From Candidatus Heimdallarchaeota archaeon (lineage in GTDB: Archaea; Asgardarchaeota; Heimdallarchaeia; JABLTI01), in NCBI GenBank assembly GCA_018238155.1, contig JABCTZ010000018.1, positions 30,885 through 94,884 of the forward strand: a stretch of 64,000 bases of DNA. Direction: 5' to 3'. The notes under the pieces were generated by a model that searched no databases, had not been told where the DNA came from, and worked only from the letters and a program-made list of their open reading frames with translations. How positions within the stretch are numbered: the stretch's first letter is position 1; the number at the start of each line of letters is the position of its first letter. This document shows, one piece after another, positions 10,934 through 20,680 of the stretch. Position numbers and translations under genes: made by a program.

Positions 10934-13114
10934 ATGACATACTCTAAACCAGAAGAGATTGCTCAAGTTGAAATACTTGTAACAGAAGGGAAATATTCCT
11001 TAGCATTAAATGAATTAGATATTATAGATACTACATGTAAATTGGATTCTTCAGCGAGTATTCTTTGTAAAATCATTAAAGGAAATATACTCCTAAAACT
11101 GGGTGAGTTTGAGGAAGCTTTAATAAAAGCTGATGAGATTTTAGAAAATTATCAATATTTAGGGGATTCCTTATTTGTTTTTGATGCGCATATAATTAAG
11201 ATTTATGCTCTCGCAAATTTCAACAGATTACCAGAAGCATTTGAAATTTTAGAAAAAAGTATTGAGATTCTCAAATCTCTTTTGAATGAGAGTATTTCAG
11301 AATTGAATCAAAGAAGAGCTGTCGTTCATCTACTTCGAGGAATTCTCTACGAAAAAAAAGCAGAATTAAAACGCGCGTTAAACAATTTTTTACAAAGTCT
11401 CTCTTTCTTTCGAGAATTAGATAATAAACCATTTATTGCTGAAACATTAAATGCTAATGCAAGGATTTATTTCAAAACTGGGGATGTTATTCGAGCTCAA
11501 CTAATTTACAAGCAAAGTCTAGAGATTTACAAGGAACTTGGTAATGAACTAGATGCAGCTTATGTATTGAATGATCTTGGTAAAATTTACGCTTGGAAAG
11601 GTGATTATGGATTAGCACTAGAGCACAGTCTCCAAAGTTTAAGTATAAGTGAAGAATTAGATAACGAATATGCAAAAGTAATTTTTCTTCAAAATATTAG
11701 CAAAGTATTTTTCAAACTAGGAGAATTAAATCGCTCTCTTGAATATCTTGAAAAATGCTTATCCATCTATGAAGGTCGAGATAATAAATCAGGAATAGCT
11801 TCTATTCTAAATTCCTTAAGTAGGATATTCTTTAGAAAAGGTGAAATTGATAAATCCTTAGACTACGCAAAGCAAAGTAAAAAAATCTATAATCAATTAG
11901 AGGAAAAACTCGGTCTCGCATCTGTAAATGAAACTCTTGGTAAACTGGAACTTAGTTTAGGGAATGTTGGAAAAGCTTATTCACTTTTAATAGAAAGTCT
12001 GGATTTACAAAATGAGCAAACAAATCGCATGGAAACTACTAGTACCTTATTTTGGTTAATTGTTACTAGTATCGAAAGTAATTCGCTCAATCAAGTACAT
12101 ACTTTTCTCCACAGAATTCAAAAGATAATCGAGAAACAGAAAAATGAAGTGAGTGAATTAAGATATCGTTTAGCTTCTGCATTAATACTAAAAACTAGTT
12201 CAAAACATGATATTCTTCAAAAAGCAAAAAAAATGCTTCGTGACATAGAAGCAGGTGTTCTTCTTGACCATGAATTAATTTCTCTTGCTCAATATCATTT
12301 ATGCGAATTACTAGTAAAAGAAATTGAATTATTCCATGAAAAGGATGAAATTCAAAATCTTGCAACAACCATTAACAAATACTATGCAACAGCAAAAAAT
12401 ATTGAATCGCATACAATGTATGCAGAAAGCTTCTGGTTAAAAGTACAATTATCAATGATCAGACATAATTATCAAAAAGCAAGAATTTATCTTGAGCAAG
12501 CGCAACAAATAACTGAAGATAAAGGCTTTAGGAAATTAGCCATGGAAATTCCTCGAATGAGAACAATGTTGGAAGCCTATTTTGATTTAAATATAGAACC
12601 AACGATTGACACTCGCGTTAATTTTACAAATGATTTAAATGAACCCCTAAATGAAGATATAATCCGATTGGTCAACAAAAGGACAGTTGAGATACCTCAA
12701 TTTGAGGAAGAAGAACCAGTACTCCTTATTATTGTCTATGAAGGAGGAGTAACAATCTATTCGAAGAAATTCTCACAAAAGGAAATGATAGATGAAATGT
12801 TTGTTGGCGGATTTCTTACTGCTATTGATTCGTTTATGCATCAAACATTTGCTACAGGTGGATCAATTGAACGAATCAAACATCAGGAATATACTTTGTT
12901 ATTAAAAGTTGAAAATCCACTGCTTTTTTGTTATGTTTACAAAGGACAGTCATTTTCTGCAATTCAAAAATTAGATAAAATTATTAGCGAACTGAAAAAA
13001 TCAATTACTATTTGGCATGCACTTATCAATAATTTAGGTGAACAACTCTCAGATAGAGAAAAAGAGCAAATTGAAGGATTGGCTGATAAAACCTTCCTTG
13101 AAGAAACTAAGTAA
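10934..13114 (+). CDS. MalT-type TPR protein with C-terminal longin/roadblock-like domain
   Basis: About 40-aa TPRs (LNDLGKIYAWKGDY..ALE...QSL); C-terminal LLII..GG..IYS..F...GGFLTAI.SF......I..I....Y beta-alpha-beta pattern. Start ATG 10934. Confidence 0.75.
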   Translation: MTYSKPEEIAQVEILVTEGKYSLALNELDIIDTTCKLDSSASILCKIIKGNILLKLGEFEEALIKADEILENYQYLGDSLFVFDAHIIKIYALANFNRLPEAFEILEKSIEILKSLLNESISELNQRRAVVHLLRGILYEKKAELKRALNNFLQSLSFFRELDNKPFIAETLNANARIYFKTGDVIRAQLIYKQSLEIYKELGNELDAAYVLNDLGKIYAWKGDYGLALEHSLQSLSISEELDNEYAKVIFLQNISKVFFKLGELNRSLEYLEKCLSIYEGRDNKSGIASILNSLSRIFFRKGEIDKSLDYAKQSKKIYNQLEEKLGLASVNETLGKLELSLGNVGKAYSLLIESLDLQNEQTNRMETTSTLFWLIVTSIESNSLNQVHTFLHRIQKIIEKQKNEVSELRYRLASALILKTSSKHDILQKAKKMLRDIEAGVLLDHELISLAQYHLCELLVKEIELFHEKDEIQNLATTINKYYATAKNIESHTMYAESFWLKVQLSMIRHNYQKARIYLEQAQQITEDKGFRKLAMEIPRMRTMLEAYFDLNIEPTIDTRVNFTNDLNEPLNEDIIRLVNKRTVEIPQFEEEEPVLLIIVYEGGVTIYSKKFSQKEMIDEMFVGGFLTAIDSFMHQTFATGGSIERIKHQEYTLLLKVENPLLFCYVYKGQSFSAIQKLDKIISELKKSITIWHALINNLGEQLSDREKEQIEGLADKTFLEETK

Positions 13115-13301
13115 GAATAACTTTTTTCCAATTAAAGACCAATCAATAAAATTATGATATTCATTTTCAATTATTTGATTACTTCATACTCGTGAGAATA
13201 TCTCAAAACATCATAGTCAGAAGATTTGAAAGGTTGACCTTATGTTTCTTCAATGGAAGGTGATATGATAAGGGATTTTGATACTTAAATCAACAATCCA
13301 T

Positions 13302-13631
13302 TTATTTTTTAAGTATATTCAATGTTATTAACATCAATTCTTGAGAACCAGTATTTCTATAACCATGCCTTTTTCCTGCAGGAACTTCCACAACTAAACC
13401 AGGTTTTATTTCATATTCTTCGTCGTCTATCCAACCAATTCCTGATCCTTCGAGATAATAAAACACGTGATGATAATCATCTATATGTGTTGAAAATTCT
13501 CCTTGAGTTTCAACTTTTGTTAAAACCATTTTTACATCAGACCATTCTTGTGGTATCAGTGATTTTCCAAAAACATTAATTGTGTCTTTAGGTCTTGTTT
13601 CTTTCCATTCTTTATCTGTAATGTAGTACAT
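13302..13631 (-). CDS. Cupin domain protein
   Basis: H.D..HH.FY.LEG.G and VPAG..HG..NTG cupin motifs. Confidence 0.85.
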   Translation of the reverse strand: MYYITDKEWKETRPKDTINVFGKSLIPQEWSDVKMVLTKVETQGEFSTHIDDYHHVFYYLEGSGIGWIDDEEYEIKPGLVVEVPAGKRHGYRNTGSQELMLITLNILKK

Positions 13632-13739
13632 CGTTCCAACTTTCCATGGTTTTTCTTTCTAATACTATCCTTAGCAAATAAAAAATCTTGTTAATAAAAT
13701 TACAGAAGCTATTTAAACTAAATTTTAACATCTATAATT

Positions 13740-14221
13740 ATGAAATTGAATTGGGGTAGAAAAAAAATCATTTCGTTATGTTAACTATTCTAGGGATAGT
13801 ATTAGGAAGTTGTGGATTTTTTACCTTAAAAAATAATTTTACCGTAGTTTTCATTATAATGGTTGCAAGTGGGGGAATAATTTTTATGATAGGTTTTGGC
13901 AATTTTATCCTTGGAACATCTAATGATAGCAAAGATGAATGTTCTGATAGAGCAAATAATATGTCCATTCAAAAAATAAAAGAAATAATTAGAAGTGACG
14001 TTAAAACCAAAGTATTGTTTGAATATATTTACTTAGAAACAACTCCTCCTGAAAAAACCATTTGTATGATAACAAAGATTCCCTTAGACAATCAAAAGGA
14101 TATTTTACTATGCCCTCATTGTGAATCCTATTTTCTTGGCACATATCTTAGTGAATAGGTAGAAGAAAAAACTATATATCCTGTTTGTAAAAGCAATCTA
14201 AAAATAACTATTAAGAAATAG
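13740..14221 (+). pseudogene. Disrupted 2-TM protein with C-terminal RING-like domain
   Basis: TAG 14156-58 sits where the paralogue at 52536 has Trp. Reading through gives VEEKTIYPVCKSNL (cf. WLQDNPFCPICRKDL) to a stop at 14221. ATG 13740 is out of frame across an A8 tract. Confidence 0.7.
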
Positions 14222-14244
14222 AAAGAAAAAAAGATTGATTCGAA

Positions 14245-15132
14245 TCAATCTTTATCAGTAAACCAATTTTCTGTCCAATTTCCTATCCAAGAGATTGCTA
14301 ACGCTCCAGTACCGATGTGTGCACCAATCGTTGGTCCAATTGCCACAAGAGCAATATCTTTTGGTAAATTTGCTAAATCTTTGATTGATTCGTAGTATCT
14401 CTCTGCAAGAGTTTTATCATTGGTATAGCCTATCCAGAGTATATCATAATCTAAATTTGAGATGATTTTTGGTGCGATTCTTACCATTCCATTGTAAGCT
14501 TCTTCAGAGCCGGTAACAGAAAGAAAACTTTCAACTAAACCATCCCTGACTTGCATTATTGGTTTCTTGTTCAATAATTTACCAAAAATTTTCTTTGCTC
14601 GTCCAATCCTTCCACCACGATGAAGATACTCAAGTGTATCTAAAGTACAAACAATTCTTGACTTTGGAATGAGATTATTTTTTAGAGTGGCTAAAATTTC
14701 TTCCTTCTTTTTACCTTCTTTATTTAACTTTCCAGCAATTAGAACTATCAATCCTAAAGGAAGCGTTGTAGTGTTTCCATCTATAGCAATAATGTCTTTT
14801 CCTTTCAATTGATTTATTGCCAATTGTACTGAATTCATTGTTCCAGACATATTTGGTGTTATATGAATTGAGATAATTGTTTCGTAACCTTGGTCGAAAA
14901 TTTTTGTGTATACTTCCATGAATTCCTTTGCAGAAGGTTGAGAAGTTTTAGGCCATTCATAAATACCACTTTCAACCATTCCGTAGAACTCACCAGGTGA
15001 TATTGTAACTTTATCTTTGTATCGATCTTCACCAAAGAAAACATTTAGAGGAATAATTTCGATATCGTATTTATCTGCTAAATCTTTAGGCAGATCACTA
15101 GTAGAATCTGTAACTATCTTAATTTTTGACAA
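14245..15132 (-). CDS. degV: DegV/FakB family fatty-acid-binding protein, copy 1
   Basis: KIVTDSTSD, PKTSQPS, SGT, TLEYL.RGGRIG, GPTIGAH.G. TTG start after GGAGA. Confidence 0.92.
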   Translation of the reverse strand: MSKIKIVTDSTSDLPKDLADKYDIEIIPLNVFFGEDRYKDKVTISPGEFYGMVESGIYEWPKTSQPSAKEFMEVYTKIFDQGYETIISIHITPNMSGTMNSVQLAINQLKGKDIIAIDGNTTTLPLGLIVLIAGKLNKEGKKKEEILATLKNNLIPKSRIVCTLDTLEYLHRGGRIGRAKKIFGKLLNKKPIMQVRDGLVESFLSVTGSEEAYNGMVRIAPKIISNLDYDILWIGYTNDKTLAERYYESIKDLANLPKDIALVAIGPTIGAHIGTGALAISWIGNWTENWFTDKD

Positions 15133-15292
15133 AATACTATCTCCAGTTATATACAAACTAGTCGAAAATTCTAACTAGTAATTTAAAAAACTTGTTAAAT
15201 ATAAAAAGAAGCAAAAAATTTCTTCAAAAAGTAATTTGGAATGCAAAATAAACGAATTTTTTTATTTATACTTTATTTGAAGGGTACAACAG

Positions 15293-15997
15293 TTATTCAT
15301 CTACAACCTTTTTCAATTTCCGTGCATTAGCAATATTATACTCGAGATCTTTTGGATTAGGTACAATTCCATCCCAATCGGATTCTTCTACAAATTTAAT
15401 AAAAAATTCATGTAATTCTTCTGGTTCGAATTTTGCTACTTTCAGTGGTGAATCTAATCCTGCATCATTGTATAATCGTGATAGTTTAGTTCTAACGTAC
15501 CCCATTCTTGTGATGTCTGAAAGCTTTACTAATTCTAAAACAACCTTTTCTGATATGTTTAATTGTTTAGCAATTTGTTCTCTTTGAATTTTTGTTTTTC
15601 CAGCTTCAAGCATTTGTTCAACATCTTTTATTCCTATTATAGCGAGTTTTTTCACTTGTTCTTGATCGATATTTTGAAATTCTTTAATCGGAAATATTCT
15701 TCTTGACTTTTTAGTTCTCTCCTCTCTTAGAGTTCTTGCACAATCAAGCATCTCACCTTTTTCAATGAAGCTAAAATAATTCATAAGAACATAAAGAAAT
15801 CCTTTGGCAGATCCCTTTGCCAATTCAATTATATCTACATACGATTCAATGTCATCTGATTTGACATCGACAATCTTCTTATTTCTTTTAATATCAAGAA
15901 ACTCAGTGAATTTTTTCATTGTCAGAACATTTCTATCAACAACATTTTGCTTCTTGCCTTTTCTTCTTAGATTTTTTCGAAATGCTTCTTCATCCAT
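15293..15997 (-). CDS. DUF4332-like (helix-hairpin-helix) protein with N-terminal SAM-like helical domain
   Basis: KL..IGI....MLEAG.T...R..IA....I.....L..VK.SD..R..YV pattern. Confidence 0.65.
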   Translation of the reverse strand: MDEEAFRKNLRRKGKKQNVVDRNVLTMKKFTEFLDIKRNKKIVDVKSDDIESYVDIIELAKGSAKGFLYVLMNYFSFIEKGEMLDCARTLREERTKKSRRIFPIKEFQNIDQEQVKKLAIIGIKDVEQMLEAGKTKIQREQIAKQLNISEKVVLELVKLSDITRMGYVRTKLSRLYNDAGLDSPLKVAKFEPEELHEFFIKFVEESDWDGIVPNPKDLEYNIANARKLKKVVDE

Positions 15998-16187
15998 TTA
16001 TTTCATATCCGTAATTACTCTTTTGGTAATAAATCATCTTCAAGTAGATTGCAAAAATAGCATACATCATCTTTCTTTGATGATTTAATAATATCAAACT
16101 TTATATAATAATATAGAGGAAATATTATCTCTTCACCTGTATACAAAAATAAAAAGAAAGGATAGATTAAGAAAATAATCTACCTGC

Positions 16188-17072
16188 TTATTTATTGAAA
16201 AACCATTTTTCGTCCCAATCGCCTACCCAAGATAGAGCCATAACATTTGGTCCAATATGAGCACCAACTGCGGGTCCAATATCTGCTTGAATAATATTTT
16301 TGGGTGCGTTTGGTAATTTTCGAATAGCAGCTTCAACTTTATTTGCGAGTTCTTGATTACTAGTATAGCCAACCCATAGGGTATCAAATTCTAAAACATC
16401 ACAAACTTTTGGAGCCATATTCATAAGTCCTTCAAAACCTTCATCATGATTTTTTGTTGTACCAAAACTATCTACAAGACCATCTGTTATTTGAATCAAA
16501 GGATTCTTTTTAAGAAGAGTGCCAAGTATTTTCTTTGCGCGACCTATTCTTCCTCCTTTATGGAGATAATCTAAACTCTCCAGAACGCCAACTATATGAG
16601 AATTTGGAACATATTTTTCATTTAGTGTTTTAATAATTTCATCTTTACTCTTTCCTTCTTTATTTAGCTTAGCAGCAAAAAGTGCTAGTAAACCCAATGG
16701 ATTTGAAACAGTGTTTCCATTTACCAGAGTAATATCCTTGCCGGGCATTTTATTGATTGCTAAATTAACAGAATTTTGTGTTCCTGAGAGTTTTGGTGAA
16801 ATATGGATTGAAATTATTGAATCATATCCTTCTTTGAAGATACTCTCATATAAGTCTATAAATTCTTTAGCTGATGGTTGAGAAGTTTTTGGCCAATCAT
16901 AAATACCACTATCACACATTCCGTAGAATTCACTTGTGGTGATCGTGATTCGATCTTTGAACTTTTCATCACCAAAGAAGACGTTTAATGGAATTACACT
17001 GATATCGTATTCTTTTGCAACTTCTTTTGGTATGTCACTTGTTGAATCTGTAACTATTTTAATTTTTGACAA
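16188..17072 (-). CDS. degV: DegV/FakB family fatty-acid-binding protein, copy 2
   Basis: Same motifs as copy 1; clear paralogue, including YDWPKTSQPSAKEF. Confidence 0.92.
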   Translation of the reverse strand: MSKIKIVTDSTSDIPKEVAKEYDISVIPLNVFFGDEKFKDRITITTSEFYGMCDSGIYDWPKTSQPSAKEFIDLYESIFKEGYDSIISIHISPKLSGTQNSVNLAINKMPGKDITLVNGNTVSNPLGLLALFAAKLNKEGKSKDEIIKTLNEKYVPNSHIVGVLESLDYLHKGGRIGRAKKILGTLLKKNPLIQITDGLVDSFGTTKNHDEGFEGLMNMAPKVCDVLEFDTLWVGYTSNQELANKVEAAIRKLPNAPKNIIQADIGPAVGAHIGPNVMALSWVGDWDEKWFFNK

Positions 17073-17229
17073 AATGCTTTCTCCTGAGCTGGATTACCAA
17101 AACATAATCCATTAACAATTGATATCTAGCTATTTTTCTACTTTTATCCGACTAAAAACTTATTATTCTTTTACAGTAAAAGAAAATGGAGCTCAAAAAT
17201 CAACTTTAATCTTAAAGAAATGATTTAAA

Positions 17230-17286
17230 AGCAGGTTCAGTAAACAATCTGATGAGAGTAAGGAGCCCTCTCTTAGCCACTTTGCT
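17230..17286 (+). promoter_or_regulatory. Possible structured 5' leader of the radical SAM operon
   Basis: GC-enriched patch with TCAG/CTGA and GAGAG/CTCTC hairpins enclosed by AGCA-GGT / GCC-TGCT pairing. Confidence 0.3.
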
Positions 17287-17329
17287 ATCAATAAAACTCC
17301 ACCAGCAAATTGAATTATTGGTGATATCA

Positions 17330-18265
17330 ATGAATATAGTAGCAAAGTTTGGTCGTGACGATTTAGCGATTTTATATATAGCTAAAAATGATGATAAATA
17401 TATTGAATTTGTCGAATCCTTACAACCACCAATTACTCGAGAGGAAAAATGGGTTATTATTATTTCTACCATGTATGGGTGTCCCGTACGTTGTGATATG
17501 TGTGATGCAGGTACTTATTACAAGGGGAAAATATCCTATCAAACAATGCTAGATCAAATTGATCATATAGTTACTAAGAGATATCCAGATAGAATAGTTC
17601 CAGCAAAAAAATTCAAGGTTCAATTTGCACGGATGGGTGAACCTGCACTAAATGATGATGTTCTAGCGGTCATGAAACACCTTCCAGACAAATATGATGC
17701 TCCAGGATTATTACCATGTATCTCCACAATTGCTCCTACTAAAGCTGAGAAGTTCATGAATGAAATGATAGATATTAAGAATGAATTTTATTCCAATGGT
17801 TATTTTCAATTACAATTTTCAATCCATTCTACTGATGAAAAAACGAGAAGAAAAGTCATTCCCTACAACATCTGGTCTTTAGAAGAGATAGCAATTTATG
17901 GCGAATCTTATTGGAAAAAGGGTGACCGAAAAATAACACTTAATTTTGCAGCTGAAAAGTGCAATCCACTTGAGCCTGAGAAACTCGTCGAAATTTTCGA
18001 TCCGAAAAGATTTTTCTTAAAAATAACTCCAATAAATCCAACAGGTATTGCGAAAGCACATAGCTTACAATCAATGATTTCTGTAGAGACAGGAGAGTTC
18101 GCTAAAAAGAAAATAAAAACATTGGAAGATTTAGGTTTTGAGGTTCTCTTAAGTATTGGAGAATTAGAGGAAAATCACATTGGGAGTAATTGTGGCCAAC
18201 ACGCTCTAAAATTCCAAGATGGTAATTTTACTATAGAAAACTATCAAAAATATCAAAAATCTTGA
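17330..18265 (+). CDS. RlmN/Cfr-like radical SAM protein (divergent)
   Basis: CPVRCDMC cluster motif, MGEP, SIH, C-terminal CGQ. ATG 17330 after SD GGTGA. Confidence 0.85.
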   Translation: MNIVAKFGRDDLAILYIAKNDDKYIEFVESLQPPITREEKWVIIISTMYGCPVRCDMCDAGTYYKGKISYQTMLDQIDHIVTKRYPDRIVPAKKFKVQFARMGEPALNDDVLAVMKHLPDKYDAPGLLPCISTIAPTKAEKFMNEMIDIKNEFYSNGYFQLQFSIHSTDEKTRRKVIPYNIWSLEEIAIYGESYWKKGDRKITLNFAAEKCNPLEPEKLVEIFDPKRFFLKITPINPTGIAKAHSLQSMISVETGEFAKKKIKTLEDLGFEVLLSIGELEENHIGSNCGQHALKFQDGNFTIENYQKYQKS

Positions 18266-18278
18266 TAATTTAATTCAC

Positions 18279-18950
18279 GTGAAGACTATGAGAAAAGAAC
18301 CCTATTTTACAAATGAGAATCGAGAAACAAAGACTGCTGAATGGAAGGAAATACTTTCAAAGTACTATTCCAGTAAAAAGAAGTTTGCCTTTACAATGGA
18401 AAATAGTGCATTATTGATAATTGATATGCAAGAATATTTTCTCAACTCAAACTCATATGCTTTTATACCTGCATCAAAGGCAATAATTGAACCAATTTTA
18501 CGATTAAAGAAAGCTTTTGAGAAAAATAACAAAGGTGTTTTTTTCACACAATATGGTTTACAACCTGTAATTGATGATAGTAGTATGATGCACAGATGGT
18601 GGAAAAAAACATTAAGTACAAAAGATTCTATGTTTGAAATTTCGTCTGAAATGAATGCAGACGAGAAATCAGTCTATTTTAAATCAACATATGATATATT
18701 TGAAACAACAAGTCTAGCACTTAATCTTGATAAACAAGGAATAACAAAATTGGTTATTACTGGAGTTGCAACACATTTGTGTTGTGAAGCAATTGCAAGA
18801 AGTGCTTTCGATTTAGGGTTTGAGGTTTATTTACCAATTGATTGCATGGCAACCTCTACAGAAGAATTCCATCTGAATTCATTAAAAGCAGCTAGCAATG
18901 GTTTTGGAATACCAATAACAAGTGAGGAGATCTTGGAGAAGGCAAAATGA
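18279..18950 (+). CDS. Isochorismatase-family cysteine hydrolase
   Basis: ALLIIDMQ (Asp), FKS.YD.F (Lys), TGVATHLCCE (Cys). Confidence 0.9.
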   Translation: MKTMRKEPYFTNENRETKTAEWKEILSKYYSSKKKFAFTMENSALLIIDMQEYFLNSNSYAFIPASKAIIEPILRLKKAFEKNNKGVFFTQYGLQPVIDDSSMMHRWWKKTLSTKDSMFEISSEMNADEKSVYFKSTYDIFETTSLALNLDKQGITKLVITGVATHLCCEAIARSAFDLGFEVYLPIDCMATSTEEFHLNSLKAASNGFGIPITSEEILEKAK

Positions 18951-19828
18951 ACAAAAGGCAAACTAAGGTTGCAATAATTGGTGCTGGTCCTGCTGGTTGC
19001 GCAGCAGCAATCCAACTTAAAAGAGCAGGAATTGACCCCATTTTATTTGAAAAAAATAAAATAGGCGGGTTAGCTCTAAATGCCAATCTCATCGAAAATT
19101 ATCTTGGAATTGAACAAGGGATTTCTGGCTTAGAATTTGGCGAAAAAATGGAAGAACAAGTTCTGTCATTAGTTGTTGACATTATTTTTGAAAAAGTAGA
19201 AAAAATAACTATAGAACAAGATAAAATTGTGCTTACTACAAAAGAAACAACTTGTCTGTGTGATTTTCTTATTGTAGCTACCGGTTCAATCTCAAAACCC
19301 CTAGGAGTTAAAGGAGAAAGCGAAGCAGAAAAGAGAGAACAGTTATTCTATGAACCAATTTTTGTTCCAGAAACTAAAATCACAAATTCAAAAATAGCTA
19401 TTATAGGTGGAAGTGATGCTGCATTTGATTACGCCTTAAATTTTGCTCAGAGAGAAAATGAAATTATCATTATTCATCGTACTGAAAAATTCAAATGTTT
19501 GCCTTTACTATATTATCGTGTTTCTAATCTCGGGTCAATTGAACTGCAATATCCAAAAAAAGTAAAAGAAGTCCTATTTTCTGAAGAAAATAAGCTAAAT
19601 CTTCTATTGGATGATGATTCAATATTAACAGTAGATTTTGCATTAGTTGCTATTGGTAGAGAACCAAATAATATGTTACTCAAAGATATTCCTGAAGAAT
19701 TAATGGAAAGCAAAGTATTCACTATTGGTGATTTAGTAAATGATCGTTATCGTCAAATATCAATTGCCGCTGGAGAAGGCTTACACTGTGCGATGAAAAT
19801 CATTGAATTAATTGAAAATAATGAATGA
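18947..19828 (+). CDS. TrxB-like NAD(P)/FAD-dependent oxidoreductase lacking CxxC
   Basis: GAGPAG, ATG, IIGGSD.A.D, GD, RQI.IAAGEG. ATGA overlap with the upstream gene. Confidence 0.88.
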   Translation: MNKRQTKVAIIGAGPAGCAAAIQLKRAGIDPILFEKNKIGGLALNANLIENYLGIEQGISGLEFGEKMEEQVLSLVVDIIFEKVEKITIEQDKIVLTTKETTCLCDFLIVATGSISKPLGVKGESEAEKREQLFYEPIFVPETKITNSKIAIIGGSDAAFDYALNFAQRENEIIIIHRTEKFKCLPLLYYRVSNLGSIELQYPKKVKEVLFSEENKLNLLLDDDSILTVDFALVAIGREPNNMLLKDIPEELMESKVFTIGDLVNDRYRQISIAAGEGLHCAMKIIELIENNE

Positions 19829-19880
19829 TTGCCCTAACTTCAGAGTAAACTATGTGGTGGAAAAAACCAAGAGAAACGAT

Positions 19881-20474
19881 TCATTCTATTCCTTGTTTTT
19901 TCTTTAGTCTTTTTAGCATACTTTTTGCTCCTTTTACAGCGGGATAAATTTCTAATACTTTCTCAAGTGCTTCAATAGCTAAATCAAATTCTCCTATTTC
20001 ATCATAAACTTTACTCAAACCGGACCAACTTTCAACTTTAGTGGGTTTAATTTCAACTGCTTTTTTCCAGCATTCAATTGCTTTCTCACTGTTTTTCTCG
20101 TTAATATAAGCAATTGCCATATTATTCCATGCTTCATGGTCATCTGGTTGTAAAGTAACTACTTTAGTGTAAATTTCAATTGCTTTATCATTAACATCTA
20201 ATTCTCTAAGAGTATTAGCCATATTATATAGGACATCTATATCATCAGGTCTAATTTGTAAAGCTCTTCTCCAACAATAGAATGCATTCTCCCAATCACC
20301 TCTACCCTCATAGAGTACATTCCCTAAATTATACCAACCATCGAAATGATCGGGATCTAATTCTGTTGTTTTTCCCCAACATTGAATTGCACCTTCTGCA
20401 TCACCATTTTTTCCGTATTCTACACCTTTTTTATATTGTTTTTTGGCTTCTGTGAGCTTTTCCTTTTTTGTCAT
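19881..20474 (-). CDS. TPR protein (about 5 repeats)
   Basis: WYNLGNVL, LYNMANTL and WNNMAIAY repeats. Confidence 0.88.
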   Translation of the reverse strand: MTKKEKLTEAKKQYKKGVEYGKNGDAEGAIQCWGKTTELDPDHFDGWYNLGNVLYEGRGDWENAFYCWRRALQIRPDDIDVLYNMANTLRELDVNDKAIEIYTKVVTLQPDDHEAWNNMAIAYINEKNSEKAIECWKKAVEIKPTKVESWSGLSKVYDEIGEFDLAIEALEKVLEIYPAVKGAKSMLKRLKKKQGIE

Positions 20475-20680
20475 ACTTTTTTTTTCTGTCAATAATATCA
20501 ACCTTTTTTAAGAAGACAATTACTGTCTATTAATGTGTTGTAGTCAAATTTTACCATATAAAAGGATTAGAAAAATCAACAAAAAAATGAATTTTGGTTA
20601 AATCGATTGAATTATCTTTGATACACCCGCTGAGAAAGGGTTTTTTATTTAGATATCATTAACTAATTAAGTGACTCGCT

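Noticed and set aside
14156-14158. In-frame TAG as pyrrolysine or readthrough
   Set aside because: It aligns to a conserved Trp (TGG to TAG), and a downstream Cys is also mutated (YPVC), so pseudogenisation is the simpler explanation.
15293-15997. Integrase or mobile element inserted between the degV copies
   Set aside because: Only a SAM-like N-terminal resemblance; no catalytic recombinase residues or att/terminal repeats.
17249-17276. Hammerhead ribozyme or C/D-box sRNA (CTGATGAG)
   Set aside because: No GAAA after stem II, and no properly spaced terminal C and D boxes.
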